A stretch of DNA of 64,000 nucleotides from Scenedesmus sp. PABB004 (Eukaryota). Shown one piece after another: positions 56,001 to 64,000 of this stretch; positions within the stretch are counted from its first letter, which is position 1; each line of letters opens with the position of its first letter. A program made the translations under genes and the position numbers. The notes below the pieces were generated by a model that was not told where the DNA came from, searched no databases, and worked only from the letters and a program-made list of their open reading frames with translations. Where the stretch lies: assembly GCA_014905635.1 (NCBI GenBank), contig JABVCE010000015.1:186001-250000 (forward strand), in the 5' to 3' direction.

Positions 56001-56706
56001 TTGGTGGACCAGCTGCAGTAGCGGCTCGGGTTCTTCCACGCCTCATCTGCAGGCCGCAGCGGCGGCGCCGCCGCCGGCAGGGGCGTTGGGTGGTCGGTCG
56101 CCGCAGGGCGGCGGCGCATGTGTGGTCGCCGCTGGAGCTGCAGCGCGCAGCGCGCGCGCGCGCGCGCGCACCGCGGCAGGTCACGTTGGCCGCGTCGAGC
56201 AGCGGCGGCGGGACCTTGTGGTGCGGGCCCTTGCCGCTGGGGACGTAGTGCTCCGAGCCCTCGCCGAACGCCTCCTCAACCTCGGCCGGCGTCATGAGCC
56301 GCGGGGGGCCATACGCAGCGGTGAACGCGCTCACCTGCGCCGCGGCCGGCTCGGCCTGCTCCAGGCGGCGCGCCGACGCGGCGGCGACGCAGCCTGGGGG
56401 GCGGCACAGGCGGCGGGGTGGCGCAGGGGCGGCTGGGGGCGGCGCGCGGGGGCGGGCTGGGGGCGGTGGGCTGGGGGCAGGCTGGGGGCGGGCTGGGGGC
56501 GGCGCGCGCGGCGCGCGGCGGCCGCGCAGCCGGCCGTCAACCACCCGGCAGCGGCGGCGACGCGCCGCAACCAGCCGCCGCCGCAGCTGCCGCGCACGCT
56601 GGCAGCGGCTGCTCTGGTTGCGGCGCGAAACACGGCGCGTAAATCGCTGCCTGCGGAGCAGCCCGTGCGCACCGAAGAGCACCAGCGCCAACAGACCACG
56701 CCTCAT
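53012..56706 (-). CDS. Fasciclin (FAS1) domain secreted protein, paralog 1
   Basis: Signal peptide, [19 protein letters not shown]...[40 protein letters not shown] and [12 protein letters not shown]. These give two sets of FAS1 H1/YH/H2 motifs. Confidence 0.85.
54028..54127. repeat. Intronic tandem repeat with a 14-bp unit (CCCTGAG-CCCTGGC)
   Basis: About four perfect copies plus degenerate ones, built from heptamers. Confidence 0.85.
55551..55822. repeat. Intronic minisatellite (GTGCGGTGC)n, about 30 copies
   Basis: Perfect 9-bp tandem array seen directly. Confidence 0.95.
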
Positions 56707-57788
56707 CCTATACTGCGCGTCAGGAAGAGCAGAGTTAGTCTTTGGTGCGTGGGGCCATCGCGCCGGCCCGACGCCCTACAGGCGCGGCGCGGGGGAAAAG
56801 CCCGCCACCGCGCATCGCGCCCGCCGCGCCCGCGCCACGCGTTCGCCCTCGCCTGGCTCGCTTGCAGGCTAGGTAGTTAGGTATTGATCTCCTGCGCAGC
56901 TGGGGGGCCGTCTGCCAGCAGCTGAGCCGCGCGCGGGGGCGCAGCTGTCGGCTCGCGACGCAGTGAAGGGCGCGCGGGAGGTTGGCGAGGTGCGACAGAT
57001 CGAGTGGCGAGGATGCAGGCAGCGAGGCCGACCCGCTCGCAGCGCTGGCGCCGCCGGCCAGGCCGCGCTGAACCTCGGCGCCAGGCGGCGGGGCGTGCCC
57101 GACGTGGCCCCGCGGCTCCTCCGAGCGCGCTGAGCTGCCCCACGGCATGGCAGGCCCTGCACCCACAGCTGCCGGCTAGCGCGCGTACGCGTGCATGCGG
57201 CGACGACGGGGCGCGGCGCCGGCGTCCGTCAGAGTGCGTCACCACTGGCGCGCTGCCTGCCGGGCGGCGCCCGGCCGCGCCACGCACGCATACATACAGT
57301 GCAGCCCCCGGTCACGACCGCCCGCTCCAGCCCGGCAGGGACGCAGCTCGGGCGCCCGCCGGCCTGCAGCCGCGCCGCCGCGGTTGGTCGAGGTTCGTTC
57401 GTTTGTCCGCGTGTGAGAGACGCGCCCCGCGCGCGCCGTCCGTCCGTCCGTTCGCAGCCGCGTCGCGCGGCTCGTTGCAGTGAGTGTCGTGGGTCGTCGG
57501 TGCGCGCAGCGCGCAGCACCTGAAGTCTCGTAGTCATAGGCATCCGGCCGGCCGCCGACTCGTGCCGCGCTCTGCCGCCGCAGGGGCGCAATGCAATGCA
57601 ATGCACGCGTGGCTGCATTGCGACATGCAGCACGCCGCAGGCGGCCCACGCGCGACGCGCAACCGACTGCGTCCAGCATGAAATGTGTGTGGGTCAGTGA
57701 TGTAGCGCGGCGGCGGCTGCGCCGCAGCGCGCGCCGCCGCGACCCCACCGCGCTCGCGAGCGGTGGTGGTGCGGGGAGGGCGGGCCGC

Positions 57789-58312
57789 CTAGGGCCCCGG
57801 CGGCAGCAGCAGGGTGTTGACGATGTGCATCACCTTCTGCGCGGCGCCAACGCCGCGGGCGCGGCGGCGGCAGGGCGCAGGGCGGCAGTGCGGCAGGGCG
57901 GCGGGGGCGCTCAGCGGCGCGCGTGCGGCGCGGGCGCGCCCGCGCGCCCGCGGCGCGCGAGCGGCGCAGCGCGGGCCGCAACGCGCGGAGCGAGCCTCGT
58001 TAAATAACAACAACAATGACGCACCCGGGGCGTGGTGATGTCGCCCATGACGATCTTGGAGTTGCCCAGGCCGCCGGACAAGGTCGGGAAGCGGATGCTC
58101 ATGTTGGGGTACTCCCCGATCTGCGGGGCGCGGCGGCGGCGGATGTTATTGTTTGTTGTTGGGCGGCCGGGGCGCGGTGCGGGGCGCGCGCGCGCCCAGG
58201 CGCACCGCGTAGCTCCCGACCAGGTAGGTGAGCTTGAGCAGGGGGTCCTTCAGCTGGATGCCCAGGCTGGTCCAGCAGGGGTTCTTGCCGCTGTTGAAGG
58301 GAAAGTACTGGC

Positions 58313-58364
<52 letters not shown>

Positions 58365-61002
58365 AGGGGGGGGCGGGAAGGGGGGGGGGGGGCGCGTTGG
58401 CGTGAGCTGGTGCTGGCACAGTGGTCGGCGCGCCGCGCCGCGCCGCGCGCGTCCGCCGCGCGTGTTCACAGCGACAGGCGCGGGCGCACCAGGAGGTTCT
58501 TGTACTCGGCCGTGGGGCAGACGTGGTAGCGCACGATCGACTCGAGCTGGGCGGGGTCGACGTTCTGGCTGAACGCCTGGCGGGGGTTGAGGGGTGTAGA
58601 GGAGGTGAGGTTTGAGGCGCGTGCGCCGGCGCGGGCGGGGCGGGGCCGGGGCGGGCGCGGGGAGGATGGGATGCGCGCGCGCGCGGGAGCGGCGCGGGGG
58701 GGAGGAGGGCGGCCGCGCGGCGCGCGGGGGCTGGGGCAGGGGCGCGGGCGCGCGCGCCTCGTTGTTGGGCGCCGCGAGCGTGCCGGCGAGCTCCTCCAGT
58801 ACGGCGATGAAGCCCGGGTTGGTCGTGTTCAGCGCCACCAGCACCTGGCGGGCGGCGCGGCGGGGCGCGCGGGCGGGGAGTGAGTGAGTGAGCGAGTCTC
58901 GTAGCAGGGGGGGCGGCGCGGGGTGGCGAGGACCGCTGCGCGGACGCCCCCGCCGTGCTGTTCGAGGCGGGAGGGCCCGCGCCGTGCGCCGTGTCACCTG
59001 GCCGAGGCTGGTCAGGCCCGCGCCCGCGACCGCGGCGGAGACGCTCGGGTAGACGTCGTTGGGCTGCAGCACGGCGTTGATGGTGTGGATTACGCCTGGC
59101 GGCACCCCGAACAGGGTTCGACGCGGCAGAGAGGGTTCAACGCGGCGACGCACGGGGCAGCGCGGGACGGCGTGAGAGCGCGGGAGAGCGGGGCGGCGTG
59201 AGAGGCGTGAGGGGCGTGCGCGCGGTGGCGGCAGCGGCGCTGCGGCGGCGCGGCGCGCACCGCCGCAGTACACGAGCTTGTCGACCTGCGGCGTTGTGTG
59301 CGCGGGCGGCGGGCGCGGCGGGCGCGGCGGCGGCGTCGGTTGGGCGCCGGCCCCGCGCGCGCCGCGGCAGAGCCCCGCCCCGCGCGGCAGCAGCCCCCGC
59401 GCGCGCGGCTGCGCCGTCCCCGCGGCGCTGCGCGGCGGCCCGTGCGGCGGCCCGCGCGGCAGCAGCCCCCGCGCGCCTCGACAAACTGCGCGGTGCGGCT
59501 CTGCTGGTCGGTGATGAAGGTGTAGAGCGTGGTGCAGTTGGTGCAGTTGGGGCTGAGGTCAATGGTCGTGATGTTGACCATGTGGGGGCTGTTGATGCTG
59601 AAGTAAATGCTCGGCAGGAGCTTCGTCCCGACCGCGCCCGCAAAGTCGCGCGCGTACGCCCTGCGCGGCGGCGCGCGGCGCGGCGCAGGCGCGGCGGGCG
59701 GCCGGTGGGCGGTGCGGCCGCGCCGAGCTGGCTAGCCCCGGCGCCGGCGCCGGCGGCACGGCGGCGCCGCGGTTTGAGCCCAAGCCCCGGCGCGCCTGAC
59801 GGGCAGCACGTGGTACGAGATCAGCTTGCGCAGGAAGGCGGACGTGAACTCGGCAAACGCGGGGTCAAAGAGGTCAACAGTCACGTCCTTGAGGTACCGC
59901 GCCATCGCCTGGGGTTCAGGGATCGCGGTTCAGGTTCAGGCGGGGTTCAGGGAGTGGCGCGGGAGTGGGAGTGGCGCGAGGCGCGGCGGAGTGAGGCCCG
60001 CGCGCGGCGGGGCCGCACGGCCGGCGCGCGGCGGGCGCGGCGGGCGCGGCGGGCGCGGCGGGCGCGGCGGGCGCGGCGGGCGCGGCGGGCGCCGCCGCCG
60101 CGGCACCCACCTCGTCGTTGGGCGCGAGCAGCGTGCCGGTGAAGGTGGTGTTGAAGAGGTCGACCATGCCGGCGGCCCTGATCGCCGCGGTCAGCAGCGT
60201 CATGTTGGGGTTGTTGCTGATCCAGTCCCACGCGATGGGGAAGTACGGCGGCGGGTTGGGGCAGGGCTTGAGGCAGTGCCCCGTGTGCGCGCTCGCGTCC
60301 GTGCACGCCATGCCCGGCGCCCAGCCCTCTGCGGCGCGGCGCGGCGCGGCGCGGGCGCGGCGGCAGTCGCGCGTGGGCGGCCGCGTGTGGGCGGCCGCGC
60401 GCACGGCAAGCGCGCTGGGCCCCAGCGCGTGCGCGCGCCGCCGGCGCCGCAGCCACGTCTGTCCGTCTGTCGACTCAGCAGTGAGGGGCAAGCGCAGGTG
60501 AGGCGTGTTGAAACGCAACGTGCGTTTCAACACACTCGCTACTCACTGTAGTTGACGCGCTTGAGCAGGCGCTTGGGCACGCCGTGGTCGGCGCCCTTGC
60601 CGTGGGGGACGTAGGAGTGCGAGTAGGCCTGCTTGCACTCGTCGGGCGTCATGGGGCGGGGCTTGATGATGCAGACGTCGGGCGCCGGCGGGCAGCCGCC
60701 GCCGTGCTTGCTGCAGCCGCTGCCGTGGCCCTTGTCGCCGTGCGCGCCGGCGTGGGCGGCCAGGGCTGCGGCGGCCGCGGCGGCGGCGGCGGCGGCGTGA
60801 GCAGCGAGCGGGCGCGGGCGAGCGGCGGCGGCGTGAGCAGCGGGCGCGGGAGCGGCGGTGACGCTGGCCGGCGCCGCGCCCCGGCCGGCGCCGGGCCCGG
60901 CAGCCGTGCCCGCGATGCGACGTGGCGGGGCGTGCGCGCATGGGCGGCCCTGGACGCACCCAGCGCGGCCACCAGGCACAGGGCGAGGCGCGCGGCGTTC
61001 AT
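57789..61002 (-). CDS. Fasciclin (FAS1) domain secreted protein, paralog 2
   Basis: MNAARLALCLVAALGASRA signal peptide, [19 protein letters not shown]...TLLAPNDE, LISYHVLP, GVIHTINAVLQP, TLAAPNNE, IVRYHVCP and MHIVNTLLLPPGP*. Confidence 0.85.
58314..58361. repeat. (GT)n microsatellite, intronic
   Basis: GT run seen directly. Confidence 0.9.
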
Positions 61003-62202
61003 GGCTGCCGTGCTGGCGGGCGCGGGGCGCGGCGCTCGGGCGGGGGTCTCGGGCGCGGAGACGGGCGTCCGGGCTGTGCACCTGCGGAGCCGGCGCGGGA
61101 TGGCGGGCACGGGGCGAGCGTTGGGCGCGGCCTCCGCCGAGCAGCACGGCGCCGCGCCCGCATCGCGCGCCCAGGGCGCGCCGCAGCCGGGCGCCCCGGC
61201 TGGGCGTGTCGCCGGCGTGAGCTGCGTCCAGGGCGCGCCCGGTCGCCGCCCCGCGCGGCGCCTGCTGGTCGCGCCAGGCCGCCCGGCGAGTGCGACGCCC
61301 CGCCCGGCGCGCAGGGCTCGCGCATTGCGCTGCGGCCGCTCAGACGCGCTGTTCGCGCCGACGACCGTGCGACGCGCACGATCACGGGGCCGCTGGCCGC
61401 GCGGCACCGCGAGCAGGGCGCACCTGCTGCTGCAGGCCGGCTGCTCGCACTGCGGTGGCGGCGCCGTGCAGGGGGAGGAGGCTGCGCGTGGGAGTGCGAC
61501 GCGCTGCTGCGGGCGCGTGGGGCGTGGCGGGGGAGGCAGGGCACTGCGGGCCTCGAGCCAGCTGACGGCCGGCGGTCGCACTCGGAGGGCGCACGGCTGG
61601 CGCAGGCCGCGCCCTGTCGGCCTGGCCTGGCGCGAGCCGGGCCGGCGCTGGCTGCGGGTGAGCGCCGGCGCGCCGCCGCGCAGCCGCCGCTCGGCGCGCG
61701 CGGCCGGCCAGCCACGCCCAGGGCGAGCGCCGCCACGGCTGGGCTGGTCCTCCGTGGAGTGCGCCGCACCCCTGTTCCGGCGCTGCGGCGGCCCCGTGCA
61801 CCGGTGCGCGCGGCCCGCCGGCGCGCGCGCGGCGCCCGCCGGCGCGCGTTGTGCTCGCCGCAGCTCGCCGGCCCCTCCGCACAGCAGGTGTCGCGAGATC
61901 CCGGCCCTCGCCAGCTGCCAGGCTGCGGCGGCCAGGCTGCGGCGCCGGCGCGCGCCCGCCGAGCGCTGCGGTCGCCGGCGGCGGCGGTCGGGCGCGCGCG
62001 GCCGGCGGCGTTGCTGCGCCAACGGCGCAGACCAATTGGGAGCTCCCCAGCATCGCCCACGCGCTGATCGCCAAGTAACACAGCAGCGCGGGGGTCGCTC
62101 GCGCGCGTGCGCAAGCTCGCGCGCGCGCGCCCGCCCCACTCTCCCCGTCGCGACCCCGGCGGCGTCCCCCGCGCGTGCGCCGCGCAGACCCGGCAGAGCA
62201 CC

Positions 62203-64000
62203 ATGCAGCAGCGCGTTGCGGGCGCCCGCGCGCCGGCGCTGGGCGCGCGCCGGGCGGGCGGCCTGGCGTCGCTGCGGCGCACGCGCCCTAGCCAGCGCGC
62301 GCAGGTGCGGCGACGGGCTGGCGGGCTGGCGGGGGCGGCATCGCGCGTGCGCGCAGGCGCCGAATTCGGGCTCCCCGCGCGCCCGCAGGCCGCCGCGACG
62401 GAGCTGGAGGTGGCCAAGCCCGGCCTGGTCATCCCTAAGTATTGCGAGTCGGTGCACCAGACGCGCCGGCGCCCCACGCGCACCGTGACGGTGGGCGGGG
62501 GTGATGGGCGGGGCCGTGCGCCCCCACCGGCGGCCCGCCGGCGCCGGCGCCGCGCCCAGGCGCGCGCCGCGCCGCGCCGGCGCGGCGTCGACCCCCGCGC
62601 CGCCGCCGCGGCGCGCGTGCGGCGCAGATTGGGCCCGTCAAGGTCGGCAGCGAGCACCCGGTGGCGCTGCAGACCATGACCACCACCGACACGCGCGACG
62701 TGGCGGCCACCGTGGCCCAGGTGCGCCACGGGGAGGGGCCCGCCGTGGCGCCGGCGCGGCCGGCCGGGGAGCAGGCGCCCGCGCGCGCGGCGGGGGCACA
62801 GCGGCGCGGACGCGGCGGCGGCGGCGCGGACGCGGCGGCGGCGGCGGGAGCGGGCAGCGACCAGCGCCGCAGCGTCCACACCAGCTGCGGCAGCGGCAGG
62901 GAGCAGCGGCAGCGGCGCGACCAGCAGCTGCGCGTGCGCCGCCGCGCCGCGCCGCACGCCCCCTGGCCCGCCTGCTCACGCGCCCGTGCCGCCGCTGCCG
63001 CCGCTGCCCGCCCGCCCGCCGCCCGCGCCGCGGCGTGTCGCCGCAGGTAAAGAAGTGCGCCGACGCGGGCGCCGACATCGTGCGCATCACGGTGCAGGTG
63101 CGCGGCGGCGGGGTGCGAGTGCGTGCTGGTGCCAGCGGCCCGCCCTCGCGCGGCCGGCCACGCCTGCCGTGCGCCCAGCGCCCGCGCGCATTGTGACGGC
63201 GGGCGCGCGCGGGGCACGCGTGTGCTGGGCGCGCGCGCGTGGGCGGAGTGGGCGTCGGGGCAGGGGCACCGCAGTCAGGGACGGCGGAGAGGGTGGCGCG
63301 CGGGGTCGCCTGCCTGCTCTCTCTCCTTCCCTCTCTCTCTCGCGCGCGCGCGTGCCCGCGCCCCGCCGCCGCTGCGCCGTCAACCCTGCTGCTAAACCCT
63401 GCCCGCCCGCGCACGCACAGGGGCGCAAGGAGGCCGAGGCGTGCGCCAAGATCAGGGAGCAGCTCTTCAAGGACGGGTGCGCTGTGCTGGGGGCAGGGGA
63501 AGGGGGGGGGGGGGGGGGGGGGCTGAGGGGCGGCTGAGGGGGGCTGAGGGGCGGCTGAGGTGGTGGGGCGCGGCGGCATGGGCGTGCCGCCGTGCGCGCG
63601 CGTCCCTCCGCTGCAGCGCGGCTCTTTGTCTCGCGCCGGCGAGGCCCGACTGCAGCGGAGGGGCACGCGCGCAGGCGGCCCACGCGCGGCGCGCGGCGGC
63701 CGTTTTCTTGAGGGCGTTGAGGGTTGCCTGGGCCCCGCCCGCCCTCGGGCGCTCGCCGCTGCGGCGCCGCGCCCGCGTGCGCTGCAGCGGGCGCGTTGAA
63801 TGAACCTACGGCGAGCCCATGCAGCACACGCGGCTGCCGCGGCGCCCCCGGCGGCGCCCCAAGGGAGAGGGGGGGGGGGGGTCGGGGCCGCGCCGCCGCT
63901 GCGGCGCCGCGCTCGCGGCAGCCGCGTGTGATGAAGTGGCTCGCAGTAGCACACTGCGCCGGCTGCAGCACACGCGGCGGCCGCGGGCGCGGCGCCCCGG
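62203..64000 (+). CDS. HDS: 4-hydroxy-3-methylbut-2-enyl diphosphate synthase (HDS/IspG, MEP pathway), 5' part; last recognised exon ends near 63476 and the gene presumably continues past the window
   Basis: KYCESVHQTRRRPTRTV, IGPVKVGSEHPVALQTMTTTDTRDVAATVAQ, VKKCADAGADIVRITVQ and GRKEAEACAKIREQLFKDG. Confidence 0.95.

Noticed and set aside
60999..62488. Overlapping ORFs of more than 600 aa between fasciclin 2 and HDS
   Set aside because: No recognisable motifs or coding bias. This is a GC-rich divergent intergenic region.

Overview
Very GC-rich, intron-dense eukaryotic nuclear DNA from a chlorophyte green alga. PETO and a FEA1-type gene support this; the extreme GC and many GC-AG introns suggest a Raphidocelis/Monoraphidium-like Selenastraceae alga, which is inference. 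Most long ORFs in the six-frame track are GC-driven artefacts. I assembled the real genes by eye from exons, so boundaries are approximate and no database search was run. About 22 genes are supported: a MYND-family paralog (partial), FEA1-like, a reeler-like/Ig-like secreted protein, PRP31, PETO, an orphan ORF, plastid APX, rhodanese, bZIP, DUF2177, DCAF8-like WD40, Aurora kinase, an RRM protein, a MYND zinc-finger protein, MATE, a PQ-loop protein, PHT4/ANTR, a motor-less myosin-tail (DIL) protein, a germin-like cupin, a secreted unknown, two tandem fasciclin genes and HDS/IspG (partial). The most striking unexplained structure is a non-coding element of about 0.6 kb present at four loci in the same orientation (about 1.3-3.2, 26.9-27.3, 32.1-32.2 and 35.3-35.9 kb). 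Each copy lies 5' of a minus-strand gene start, two copies bracket the MYND gene as direct repeats, and the element accompanies a duplicated MYND gene.
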